Source: Leucoraja ocellata (taxonomy: Eukaryota). From it: a DNA stretch of 64,000 bases. Location: assembly GCA_036785375.1 (NCBI GenBank), contig JAWMAR010000148.1, forward strand, positions 744,001 to 808,000, written 5' to 3'. Of this stretch, positions 37,185 through 49,689 are shown one piece after another (position 1 is the first letter of the stretch; each line of letters opens with the position of its first letter). The notes under the pieces were generated by a model. It did not search any database. It worked only from the letters and a program-made list of their open reading frames with translations, and was not told where the DNA came from. The position numbers and the translations under genes were made by a program.

Positions 37185-38679
37185 CTGTTTCAGAAAAAGA
37201 ATAGGATTACATCAAGATATACCAGCAACATAAAATCCTTAAATAAATCCAGTCAACTGGAAAATCTGTGAAACTTTGTTCAATGTGGATACTGAAATTG
37301 GAACATTGCCCGGACAACCATTTATCACGAACTAAATGTCATTTAGTTGTTTAATTGCCAAAGATCTACAAGCCAAGCTTGATCCCACTCTCATCCACGG
37401 TCCATAATTTAAGGATGGGAATTTGGAAGCACTATGATACATAAATAAATGCATACAACTTTGACACTAAACTTAGATGGATAGTTGTGGAATTGACTAC
37501 TGCAAAATATCTGCACATTGGATTTGCTCTTCCTTCAAATTTATTTGTTCGTTTGAGGGCCTTTGCTTCATTAAGTTGTTAACTTGGAAGGTGCCGTCTG
37601 TGGTTCTGTAGTATTCCACTAACATTTTCCTCCAGCTGGCAATTAATTGGCTACAATAAATTACCTCTGCTGTAGATATTCTGCTCTGGTGGAAGATTTG
37701 AAGTATGGAGTGGTAGGTAGAGGGGAGTTGATGGATATCTGCAAGAATTGGTTACGGAAAAATGTGGAGGAATGGGATTGCACTGAGAGTTATCATTGAC
37801 TCAAGGGGCCAAAGGGTGTCCTGCAATGCAAGAAAATATGAGTATGTTTTCTTTGTCAACTTCCATGTAATGCATATTCCAAATTGTGCCATTCTTACAC
37901 ACATGTACTGTTATTAAATGTTACTACTCTTAGAGCTTAAAATACTCTTTCATGAGCAGAAAAACATATTTACAATCAGTTTGTAGTTGTGGAGTTCATC
38001 ACTAAACAAACTTCATAACATTTAAATAAAAAGTGGTGAAATAAATTAGTGCTTAAATTTCCACTTCTAACGGATAAGTTAGGCTATAAGTTAAAGAATG
38101 TAAACTAATTGCCAACAGCTCATCAATATTGTCCATACAGTCTTTCCTGACAACTTAGCCAAGACATAGATATTATAATACTTTGTATGAGCCGAAAGTG
38201 ATTATATTATGATCATTATTATTTTTATGTTAAAAGGTATTTTGTGTGTTCCGTTGCTTTTTCATTTGTATGGCTAACTTGGCAAATGAAATTCCTCGTA
38301 TGTTGCAAAACATACTTGGTTAATAAAGTATTATTGTGATTGTGATGATTTAGTTCCAATTTTCCATGTCCAAGATGGCTATAAATCAAAAGAAATTCTA
38401 AAATTCTTAAATTTGTGGGGAACAACATGAAAATGAAACCAAATTTCACCCAACTGTATTTGTCCATTTTCCTGGAGAAAAAGAACTAGATTACAGCTTT
38501 CTGATTCATGCCTCTTGCAAACTAACAGCGTTAGTTGCCAAATGCATTTAGAGAATCAAGTGAGACTGAAGGATCTAAATTTTAATCAATAGAGAAATTG
38601 GTCAACATGAAAGACGATGAGTCACAATAACTCAAAAATCTACAACACCAGTGTTTTGAAAGAGGTCGTTTTACAGATA

Positions 38680-39380
38680 ATGAATCCTCTAATTATCAAC
38701 TTCCAAGATTCAGTAAATTCAGGAGTTATTTCTGTGGATTGCCAGTAGTAAATATGGCCCCGCTATTTAAAAAAGGAGGGGGAGATAAAACAGGGATCTA
38801 CTGACCTTTTAGCCTAACGTCAGTAGAAATTTATTTGAATCTATAATGGAAAATGTAATAACAGAGCAGCATGGGGGGGAAGAAAGCAAGATTTAGTAAC
38901 ACCAGAGTGAAGCTATGAAGAGAAATTCATGCTTGACTCATACCTGGACTTCTTTGAGAATGGACTGAGAATTTGATGTATTGGGGCGGCAAGGAATTAG
39001 GAGGAATTAGGGGGACAAATGGTAGGTATCCTAGACTTCATTACAACCCACGAGTATCCTCTGGGTGCTTTCTCCCACATCCCAAAGACATGCGGTTTTG
39101 TAGGTGAATTAGCCTTTCTAAAATTCTAAAATAGTTTCATAAGGAATAGGTTATTTAGGACAGAGATGAAGAGAAATTTATTCACACAAAGGGTGGCCAA
39201 TCTGGAATTTGCTAGCCCCACAGTTGTGGAATTTCAGTTCCGTCATTCTGTACAAAAGCAGTGACAGGATAGAGACTTAGTGCTTATTCATGTAGTGTTA
39301 ATGGCATTGAGGAAGAAGGCAACCACAATATCGATGAATGGTACAGCAGGCTCAACTAACCTACTTACGTTCTTGTGTTC
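38680..39380 (+). mobile_element. Decayed CR1 fragments with a SINE remnant
   Basis: tatttaaaaaaggagg..tagcctaacgtcagtag, tcatgcttgact and aggacagagatgaagagaaatttattcacaca; V-SINE core at about 39055-39125. Confidence 0.55.
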
Positions 39381-39892
39381 TGAACATTTAGTACCTCTTC
39401 TGTTTATTGGATCGTTTTTTCAGTTTACACCGAAAAGGTTTCATGTTTTCAGTTTAATCGGCAATGAAAATCCAAAATTGCTTAGGCTGCAGACATTTTG
39501 GTGCCCTTACAAAAATCTGCAAAAGCTCCAAGTGAAAACAGCAACTAATGGAGTTGCCGGATCTGATTCAAATTATATTTCATGACAAAAACTAATTGTT
39601 TCCTTCTATTTATAGGTGCTTTAAACAATTTTATATATATTTATTGTGAACTGAATGCACTAAACAAGCTAACCTGAAAGTAATACTCCACATATTCGAC
39701 TAAAAAAAAATCTGTTGAAGTGCTCATCCTAGCAAATTGCTCCAAGCCAATTCATTTTCTTTTCCACTTCCAAGATAAACTACAATAAATCTAGCCCAAA
39801 CATGAAGGAAAACTGGGAAAGCTGTGTGACACACCTGATTCTGGAGCAGTTAGTACATTTACATGCAGAAATGTTTACATCAAATCCAAGAG

Positions 39893-39937
39893 ACATGGTA
39901 GAGAGATGTTACATGGTAGAGAGATATTACATGGTAG
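39893..39937. repeat. 18-bp tandem duplication
   Basis: acatggtagagagatgtt repeated about 2.5 times. Confidence 0.85.
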
Positions 39938-40408
39938 TTTTCGCAAAAAAATGATTCCCCGCCATTCTGAAAATATATTTTAAATGTGGGTGGGGAAAGC
40001 CACAAAATATAATAAACTCAGCCTTTCTCTCCACCAAACACAGCAGTCTTTTCAAGAATCATTTTGCTCTATTCTCAGCCTTCAGTTCATTCCCCTGGGG
40101 TTTGGCATTTAAAACCTTTATTACAAGCCCATCCTACCACACAATTCCACAAGTGCACCAATTGATTTCACATATTTTGTCCACATAATATGTCCAAATC
40201 AAAACTAATATGTTGGCTATGATTTCTGTGAAATCATATCAAAATTGGCCAAACAATTTGGTGAATAAAAGCTTTACGAATCTTGTTCCTTTTGGGGCAT
40301 TTTTGAAATGCACAAAAAATATTACAGAATTATGTGCATTAACATTACTTGCTATCCTTTTCCTTTAGGGCTCCATCCACCAAACACATATAGTTAACAG
40401 ATTAGTAC

Positions 40409-40473
40409 CTGCTCATAGTTCAGCCTCTGAGCATCTGTGATTTCTTTTGGTTTTGCATCAAGAATATAATCAC
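40409..40473 (-). CDS. MINDY2: MINDY2 exon 3 (65 nt)
   Basis: ttcacag|(G)DYILDAKPKEITDAQRLNYEQ|gtacta; phase 1 to 0. Confidence 0.95.
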
Positions 40474-40549
40474 CTGTGAATTAAGTTAAAAAATATTCTT
40501 AGGATCATCAATGTTCATTAAAAAACCACTTCAATTTTTACTTAAATTC

Positions 40550-40686
40550 GTTTTTAAGAAGGAACTGCAGATGCTGGAAAATCGAAGGTAGACAAAAGTG
40601 CTGGAGAAACTCAGCGGTTGCAGCAGCATCTATGGAGAGAAGGAAATAGGCAACGTTTCGGGCCGAAACCCTTCTTCAGACTGATG
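40550..40686 (-). mobile_element. Solo Penelope-terminal module with intact hammerhead-like core
   Basis: Minus strand catcagt-CTGAAGA-A-GGGT TTCG GCCC-GAAACGTT at 40652-40679. Confidence 0.8.
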
Positions 40687-42277
40687 AGCGTTAGGTTCCA
40701 TACACTTAAACATTCCCACCTATAATTATTGAATTAAACAATGTTTTCAATAATTTACGCCAACATCAATAATAAACAACCAGATTGATCATGAAATGAA
40801 TAGTGCCATGAAGTAAAAAGGCTGGAGCAACACAAAATCATCACATTGTGTACCAGTAACACCGTAGCAATTTAATGGTTTTCAGAATTAATCTCCATCA
40901 AAAGTATCTTAGTCTATGAAGAAACATGACCAATGTAAATTGTTAGCTTATTGCAAAGTTTATTTTATATCTTCCTTGAACAGAACAATAAAATTGCAAT
41001 ATTACACTACAGCGCTAAGCTAAATGCAAGCAAAAAGAAGCCTGAACTCTAATAGTCAACTTATTTAAACTGTACTAACAACTAAAAAGGGAGAATCAGT
41101 GAATGACAAACTGAACTATTTGGGAATACAAATAATATCATTTATATACTGTAGTATTCTAACAAGTTGATCGTCTAACCAGACCTACCAACAACTCATC
41201 CAGCTTATAATTCAAGGTTCAGAATTTTACTATTGGTATTCCTGCGTGCATTGATCATTAATTAATTGAAGGCAGAGAATGAACCAAAGGACCCTTCATG
41301 AAACTGCTGACATGTGATGGAGGTGTTAGACAATATGGTGAGTGAAATCTATTTGATACAGTTACTCAGCTGATAACATCAAAATATTATAATTTGACGT
41401 GGACGATAAGTAACATTGTTCCATTGAAAGTGTAAAATGTATATGTTGAGGAATTCAATTTACTTTCAATTTGTTGCTATTTGATGGACAAAACAACCTG
41501 CAGGCCTATTTTGGTAATTGGAAACTGTGATTAAACAATGAACAGGGCATTTGAAACATTCCCTGCAGTGCAATTTGTGGAGTGTTCCCAAGATTCTCTG
41601 TTTGTCAGATTTAAGTTTACTTAATTGGAGTGTGTTTGTTGATTTGGGGTAGTGACACTAAATAAAATGAAATTGCACCTTTATGGCTATAAAATACTAA
41701 ACTAAAGAGAGTGAGATGACAACATTTAAAAGCCTATTTTTTTAACAGCCATCTAATGTATTGTGTTCTTCAGCAGGTTATTTGTACACGGGGGCTTGAT
41801 GCTATATATTACAATAAATAATATTGGATGATTTACAGGAGTATATCATGGAAATTGCTGGTTTTCATCTGAAAATTCTGAAAAGTACATTAAAAAATAT
41901 ATATTCCCTAACCATAAAATATAGAGCATCCCCAGTTAATGACAGGGTTCTGTTTTTAAAGTAAATTTTGTCCTTATGTTGGAAAATATTCAAACGTCAC
42001 TTGATATGGTAACTATGCTCCATGGTAACTCCACTATATTAAAACCAATAACATCAAAAGCGCATAAGACTGATAAGGAAGTATGATTACTAAAGGTTGA
42101 GAAAGAGAGGAAAATAATTCTGCCATTCTTTGGAGTGAATGTACATGTCAGACTTTTGAATTTAATAACATTATGGGAGTTTGTTTGTAATTTGGGGTCA
42201 TCATAAGTTGAGCAGTCTATAACACAGGAATGACCTTTTTACAGATAACCACCATATATAAGTAATGAGATACAATT

Positions 42278-42396
42278 AACTGCAGATGCTGGTTTAATGC
42301 AAAAAAGACACAAAGTGCTGAAGTAACTCAGCGGACAGGCAGCATCATTGGAGAACACGAATAGGTGACGTTTCAGGTAGGACACTTCTTCAGACC
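42278..42396 (-). mobile_element. Penelope-terminal module, diverged
   Basis: ctgcagatgctgg...gtaactcagcgg...ggtgacgtttcagg..cttcttcagac. Confidence 0.7.
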
Positions 42397-44112
42397 GATC
42401 AAAGGGGCCATTTTGGTGCTGTACCTCAATTGCTATGAACCTCTCCTGTACTATAAATATATATTACTATAACAATTGATATTTTATCATGAATTACTTG
42501 CACCTTAATCAACATGCTGCAAATTTACATCAATTAAAACCCACATATACACTTTGCATCCTGTTACATGGATTTTGATCATGAATAAGCATTCAATTGT
42601 TAACACTGAATTAATAATCATAAGTCATCTCATGTAAGTGAAGGTTAGTGGGCTTGTCTCTTCTTCATCATTTTATCAACAATGTTTTATGCTTCAAAGT
42701 GAATGGTAGTGCTGGAATATATGACATATATTTAGGCTGGAATAAAACATTTGCAAATTGAACTAAAAATAAAAACACTGCAAGCATATCTTCTCTTCAC
42801 ATCATTACCTACATGCCTTCATCCTGCAGAAACAAAATGTGGCAAGAGTTCATAAGTTACATTAAAATTCCACTTAAGACAGCTTAATTTGGTAATTTCT
42901 ACATTTGAAATGAGACAGACTAATGTCATTTCTCACAGGAAACAGTACATCCCAGCAGAGCAAGCTTACAGCCAAGTAGCAGAAGAGCAGTGGCAATGCA
43001 CCTACTCCATTATGTATCCACAAATAAATATTCATTTCCATCAGTAAACAGGCTTAAGGCTCCTGGATAAAATCATTGATCAGGCTTATTATGGAGGCCA
43101 TTGGTTCCTAATGCAGAACGTCCAGCTTGCAAGTGTTGTCCTCACACTCCAACTGACACTGGGCACGTCTAGACTGGTCTCTTTTGTAGACCAAGTCTAG
43201 ACTTTGTAAATCAGCAACTGCAGTTCCTTGTTTCTACATCTGGTCTTTTTTTGTCTTTGAAAATTACTAATAATATTTGCATCTGGAGATGTATAGTTAA
43301 ATTGTATGATGTTTCTTCTTACAAGTGCCTCTCCCAGAAAAAGGATGTGCACCTTAATGCCAATACAAGAAAAAATAGATACTGGAATGTGGAATTAAAA
43401 TGAGGAGGGCAATGCGGGGCGGGTCCGGGGAGGTACCATGGAAGGAGGATGGGGATTTAGAGGGGATGGGTGTGTGAAGGGCGAGGTTAGGAGAGGTGGC
43501 ATGATTGGCATTGGTTGAAGGGCAGCAGAAGCTAGTGATGTCAAAATTGAGGTCCCTGGTTGCAAGAGGAGCGAAGTAGGACCCAAGAGAGTCAGTTAAT
43601 GTGAAGTAGTTGGAGCCAGAAGCATGGAGGATCCTGGCCTGGAAGTGGGTCAACAATCACAGGCTGCTGTCGCCGGAAGGGGGGGGGGGGGGGGGGGGGA
43701 GAGGGTGAGTGGCCCCGACCTGTGGGCATCAGGCAAGGGCCTGCAAAGCCAGTGGCTGTGGGGGTTGGTGGTGTTGAATACAGTTAATGGTCCAACCTGG
43801 GAGTTTCAGAGAGCTGTGCGTTCAGAGGGAGTGAGATTGGAGTGGGCATCCTTAGATTATAGTGGGTGTCCATAGACTGGAGTGCTACTGACCCACTGGG
43901 TAACTCCAGCAAAGAGAAATGCACTGTGAAAACATTTAAAAGCCTTAAGAAAATCTTCAAATGTTCTGCGCAGTATTGTTAAATGAGGGCAAGAAATAAG
44001 TGCTATTTTGCTTTATATGTTTAAGAAATCTTCAACATTTTGAAAAATCCATTGTAAAATAAACAAGATTTTAATTCAGAAGACATTTGATAGCGGCAAT
44101 GGACTGTGGAAA

Positions 44113-44575
44113 TTAGTTCAGTTTATTGTCACGTGTACCAAGGTACAGTGAAAAGCTTTTGTTGCGCACTATCTAGTCAGCAGTAAGGCAATACATGATT
44201 ACAATCGAGCCATTTACAGAGTATAGATACATGATAAGGGAATAACATTTAGTGCAAGATAAAGCCAGCAAAGTCCGAACAAGGATAGTCTGAGGGTCAC
44301 CAAAGAGGTAGATAGTAGTTCAGCACTGCTCTCTGGTTGTGGTAGGATGATTCAGTTGCCTGATAACAGCTGGGAAGAAACTGTCCCTGAATTTGGAGGT
44401 GTGCATTTTCACATTTACACCTTTTGCCTGATGGAAGAGGGGAGAAGAGGGAGTGGCCAGGTTGCGACTCATCCTTGATTATACTGCTGGCCTTTCCGAG
44501 GCAGCGTAAGGTATAAATGGAGTCAATAGGAGTCAATTGTGTGATGGTCTCGGGTGCATCCAGAATTTGTTGCAA
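44113..44575 (-). mobile_element. Rex1-type LINE 3' fragment
   Basis: IDSIYTLRCLGKASSIIKDESQPGHSLFSPLPSGKR; same family as 19775-20170. Confidence 0.85.
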
Positions 44576-44869
44576 TCTTTATCAGCTCCTGACCAGCGTG
44601 TAAAGTTGAAGTAATCTGCAGTTTATCACTTCATGTCTTATATTACAAAGGACAAATTATGTCTTCATGCAACTTACATAATTCTAGATAAATAAACAAA
44701 TTGGGCTTAATTCAAAGTGTGGGGAATTTATAGTTCTGGTCTTATCGGGAGAGCTTTGATAATGTTCATTTCAAGTTAGATCCTGCGCTCCCTGCCAAAC
44801 CTTTTGACCATAGTTGTAATGCCACCAACAATTTGTACTGGGATCAACCACAAAATTTCATAAATTGTA

Positions 44870-45085
44870 GGAGCTGAATTAGGCCAACCAGCTCATCAAG
44901 TCTACTTCACCATTCAATCACAGCTGATCTTACCCTCTCAACCCCATTCTCCTGCCTTCTCCCCCTAACCTCCGATACCCGTACTACACAAGAATCTATC
45001 AATCTCCACCTTAAAAATATCCATTGATGGCCTCCACCGTCTTCCGTGGCAATGAATTCGTCAGATTCACCACCCTCTGACTAAA
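44870..45085 (-). mobile_element. CR1 3' fragment
   Basis: Reverse complement of gaatctgacgaattc..acggtggaggcc..ggggagaaggcaggagaatgggg. Confidence 0.7.
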
Positions 45086-45089
45086 GTAT

Positions 45090-45620
45090 TGCTGCTCTGG
45101 CCAAGAAAGCACACCAAGCTCTACTTTCTCTGAAGGCTAACACAATTTGGTATGTCTCTAACAAGACCTAACAATTTCTATAGATGCATTATAGAAAGTG
45201 TACTATTGGATGCATCACAGCTTGGTATGGCAACTGCTCTACCTAACACCGCAAGAATTTGCACAGTTGTGGTGCAGCCTCGTCCATCGTGATAATCAGC
45301 ATCCACCTACCACATTGACTCCATCTGCACTCACACTGCCTCAAGAATGTAGCTAGCATAATCAAGGATCATTCATACTCATTCCCTCTTCTCCCTTTGG
45401 GCAGAAGATACAAAAGCCTAAAACTAGAGTCAAGAACAGCATATTTCACTCTCTTATCAGCTTCCACATAGGATGAATTCCTGATCTTCCAATCTATTTA
45501 CAAGTGTGGCCCTTGCACTTAAAGAAAACCTGTACTTTCTCTGTAGTTTAATGTTAAATTCTCCAATTTGTTTTTGTTCCTTTGCACTACCCAATGCACT
45601 CATGTATGGTATGATTTGCT
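45090..45620 (+). mobile_element. Decayed Rex1-type fragment
   Basis: gccaagaaagcacacc..ttctatagatgcattatagaaag..gcttggtatggcaactgc..agcataatcaaggat. Confidence 0.7.
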
Positions 45621-46382
45621 CTGCAATGTGGTACATGTAACCATGTAACAATAATAAACTAACTCCAAAAATAATGAATATCAAAGAACTGAAGAATCCA
45701 AAGCCACTACCAGGATTTGACACGTTGTACTTTCATATAATGTACAACTGCACGGTACTCTACTAAGTTTCTGACTATTTACATTCCTGTAAGGTATTTG
45801 GTTTTGTGGTTGATAGCTCTTTGTCAGAAGGTGCATTTTCGTGCATCTTATCAAAAATCGCATCCACACACCTACATCTCCCTTTGTTTTGTTCATCATT
45901 ACATTCCACATTTTTCAGCTTCCTTTAGATTATGTCAATAATCATTATCTTCACTCCTTGCAATGTAGTAACTAAACCACAACTTGTTCTACGCTCCATA
46001 TTTTAAAACAGCAAAAAAAAATAGTTTTCAATTCCAGACAGATGTTTTCTTCCAATGCATACTATTTATAGAGTATTTAATTGAAGCTATCTTTTGTTTT
46101 ACAACTGAATATCCTAACATTGATTAGAAGTCTAGCTCTGACTACTTTCGTCTAATTACTCAATGCAAAGATCGTCTATTGACATTTGTGCTTTACAATC
46201 TTATCAAATAGACTGTTCTCCACATAAATCTAAAATCTAGATTACCAACAAATAGTTCAAATAGACCTTCAAAGCTCTACAAATGCCATCTCCAAGACAT
46301 TAACACTGCTACATATCAAAGTTTTTTGTTCCAACAGTCCCAGAACAGCATTCACTCAAGGACTGATATATCAAATTCACTT

Positions 46383-46478
46383 GTAGACAAAAATGCTGGC
46401 GAAACTCAGTGGGTGAGGCAGCATCAATGGAGAGAAGGAATAGCCGACATTTCAGGTCGAGACCCTTCTTCAGACTGA
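46383..46478 (-). mobile_element. Penelope-terminal module
   Basis: gtagacaaaaatgctgg...caggtcgagacccttcttcagactga. Confidence 0.75.
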
Positions 46479-47536
46479 AGCATAATTCGCTTTATGCTTT
46501 TGGGCATTACATTACAGATCGTCATTTACTGCATGAAAAAGATCTTTCTTCTGCCCTCTTGTTCTTTTGCCAATTATCCTAAATTGGTGTCTTGCCTTTT
46601 CCTGTCTGGAAGAAATTTTGACGTTTTTATTGTCGCTAAATCACACTTAAAACACTCCGAACCTCCTCTGCATTAATGAGAACAATCACTTTTCTTTGTT
46701 TCTCTCTGATAATGATAGCTCCTCGTCCCCAGTTATCATTGATAAAGCCAACGATTCCACTGACCTTTTAAAAGAAAACAGATTTTGCGACTTTTCCTAA
46801 TAGCTCCAACTATTTGTGTGAATACTACAGTTACTACAGTGCGCAGACACAACCCAAGTACTGAAGCAAGTGGACAGCTTTTTATTATTCTTTGTGAGTA
46901 ATCGATTGAACTCCAGATTTATGCATTGTAGGTAGCAGCAAAATTTAGATGAATCACTCACCACCTAAATATCCACTCTCTGTATGTTGCAAATAAGTCT
47001 AGTGACACCCAAGTTGTCAGTGTAGGAAGCCTCGATTATGGTATTGTCACTGAGTAACAAAGAGTGGGTTATATTATCTCCTGTTGGAAATGGCATTGAT
47101 TGCACTGGTGCAGCCCAAGTAGAATTTGCAACATGTCACCTTAAACTCAGCTACTGTACAGACGCTAATGTATCTAGGTATGGACAATGTCATTCAGGTA
47201 CAGTCAGCAGTCCCACTGTTGATTCTAAGTCAATGAAAGTAGCTGAAGTATCTGAAGTCAAAGGCACTAATATGAGAACGTTCCGCTGAAGGTATATTTT
47301 TCAAAAGAGTGTGTTCTTAGTTCAACAGAAGCAACTCATAACTTTGTAATGAAATATTTCAAAAACACTCAATGTTGTCGATTTTATTTTCAGCCTTTCA
47401 ATTAACAAATCCCAAAACTCAAAGGATTACAATAAACAATTAGTAGTAGCTTTACATTACGGACAATATGATGAAGCAACATTTCAGATGAGTAAAAATT
47501 CTCTTTAGGATCAGCCAAAAATAAAAGCCATCTTAC

Positions 47537-47594
47537 CCAAGTACTCCATTAACTGCTCTGCTGTTATAATTTCAACCATGGGTGGTAGTTTAAT
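47537..47594 (-). CDS. MINDY2: MINDY2 exon 2 (58 nt)
   Basis: ttatag|IKLPPMVEIITAEQLMEYL-G|gtaaga; phase 0 to 1. Confidence 0.95.
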
Positions 47595-48018
47595 CTATAA
47601 TAAAAATGGATATTCTTAAATCAGATAAAAAGGTAGAAACTATAGCACCTACGAAAGTAACACATACAAAAGCTGGTACATAGTGACAACATAAAGAGCA
47701 TCTTAAAAGAAAAAGCACAGAAGTTTAAGAGTTACTTCAACTCATTAATATTATAGATTCCCCTACTTTCTTCTACCCACCACTGTCAAGCATGCCTTCT
47801 TGGCCAAGCTCCAAAATTAAGCATATCAAAGCATTGTAGCCTGGAGGAAAATACATAGATTCCAACAATAAGGACGTGTAGATCTTTGAATATGAAGATC
47901 TCAATTTTTAATTTGAGGTATAGACAAACCAAGGCTCCTCTGTCAATGAGCACACGATGTTGTCAACTAAACAGGCATCACTATATTATTAAGAGATTTT
48001 TACTATTTTAAATTATAC

Positions 48019-48771
48019 CTTCCATGCCAAAAGAAGAACGTTCATGATTGCAAGCAGAGGACAGGGACCATTTTCATTCTGCGTAATAATAGGTGTGTTC
48101 TCCGCTTTCCATTTGATCCACTTAATGTGATAAACTGACTGCCCAGGGAATCTTTCTTTCGAACCAGATGGTTTGGCAACACCGTCCTTGCTGTTATACT
48201 CTTCACTCTGTAAAGCGAGAGCCAAAGCTCGGTCTTCAGTCCCCTCGCTGTTCAAGTCAGAGCTAGGACAAGAGTTCAAATTGGAAAAGGACTCGAGGGA
48301 GTCGATGCTTCGCGATTCGCCAGGCATGCTTTGATCGCTGGCGCTGTGATTCCTGTCACACTCGTGGTTTTTACTCGGGCTACTTTCTTCCGGCAGCATA
48401 TTATCCGCTTGCTGCTGAGCAAGGCCGGGCAGAAGGTCCTTCTTCAGCCCGCTCGCAGACTCCTCACTCAGTTCGCCCATCTTGTTTACCAAGTTGTGTT
48501 GGGGGCTGTTGTTGACTTTCTCCTCCCCAGTAGGCGCGCCCTCCACCTCCACCGCATCTTCATCCTCTTGCAGGCGTGTCACGGAGCTTGAACACGGATG
48601 ATCGCCACCTGCAGCAGTCCCGGCCCCGGCCCTCGGGCCCACGGCACCGCTCCCCGGGCTGTCCGATCCCTTCCGCCGCTCGAAGCTGCCATCGCCACTC
48701 GCCACAGTCGGCCCAGCCCCGGCTAACTCCACGGCCACGCCGCCCCGCTCGACACTGACATTACTTTCCAT
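48019..48771 (-). CDS. MINDY2: MINDY2 exon 1 (753 nt): disordered N-terminus plus start of the MINDY catalytic domain
   Basis: ORF MESNVS...KERFPGQSVYHIKWIKWKAENTPIITQNENGPCPLLAIMNVLLLAWK carries the MINDY Q-x-x-N-G-P-C catalytic Cys motif. Ends AAG|gtataa, phase 0. Lies in a CpG island. Confidence 0.97.
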
Positions 48772-48975
48772 GTGCCTTCAAGCGGGGGTGTGTGGGTGGG
48801 GGGAAAGGGAGGGAAGAGGGAGGGAAAGGAGAGGAGAGGAGGAAATGTCGAGGTGTTTACATGGAAGAGGCTTCCAGCCGCTGACAGGCAGCCGCCATGA
48901 CACTGCCAGCAGCTCGTGACGTCAGGCGCCCGAAGCACGCATGCGTGCTACACACTCCGCCTTCCAGGCACATAA
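48300..48975. promoter_or_regulatory. CpG island / MINDY2 promoter and 5' UTR
   Basis: CpG-dense block over exon 1. Full CRE TGACGTCA at 48917-48924. Perfect 16-bp palindrome AGCACGCATGCGTGCT (NRF1-like) at 48934-48949. YY1-like CCGCCAT at 48892-48898. Confidence 0.8.
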
Positions 48976-49689
48976 ACGTGCCCTGAAATTTACTGCAAAC
49001 CACCCTCCAAGTGGCAAGCCTTTTAGTTTTATTATTACAATTCCAAATATATATATTATGCAGCAAGTGCTTAGAGCGTACTTCCGATAAACGTGATGTC
49101 GACCTCATTTTTTTACATACAAAATGGAAAAAACAAGTGCCTGCAATAGTGTCAATATATATTTTTTCTCTGGAGAGATATCTGCTTTTTGATAGCTCTG
49201 GTGATGTGGAGGATTACAGCCTTGTTCCTTAATGCAAAAAAAAAGGAAAACAAAGGAACACTATCTGGCAGGAAATTGTGATTAGCGATTGTAGGCATGC
49301 GCCATGGTAAACCCGCCCGCTTTCTTAAAGCGGCAATAACAATAATCTGCAGCAATTGTTGTACATCTAAAAAGTCGTGGAATCAAAGTTTAGCTCATTC
49401 TGGCGCGTTCAGAATTTTACATAGTAACTTATTTAAAACACACGAATTGCACTGAAATCATAGCTCAGTGGCGTTCGTGAGATACGAGAGACCCCGAGGA
49501 ATTGAGGACAAAACCAAAAATATTACCTTTGTGTCATCTTTTGAATTAAAGTTTCCTTTCGCGTGGCCGAACAAGATTCTGCAGCACTATTTTCAAGGAC
49601 AACATTTAAATACAAACGCCATTAAACCATCACACCTGGGAATTAACCTCCATGTTGTTCGTGGAACCTGTCAATCTATATTACAAAAA

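Noticed and set aside
48331-48938. Antisense and alternate-frame ORFs over MINDY2 exon 1
   Set aside because: Shadows of GC-rich coding sequence
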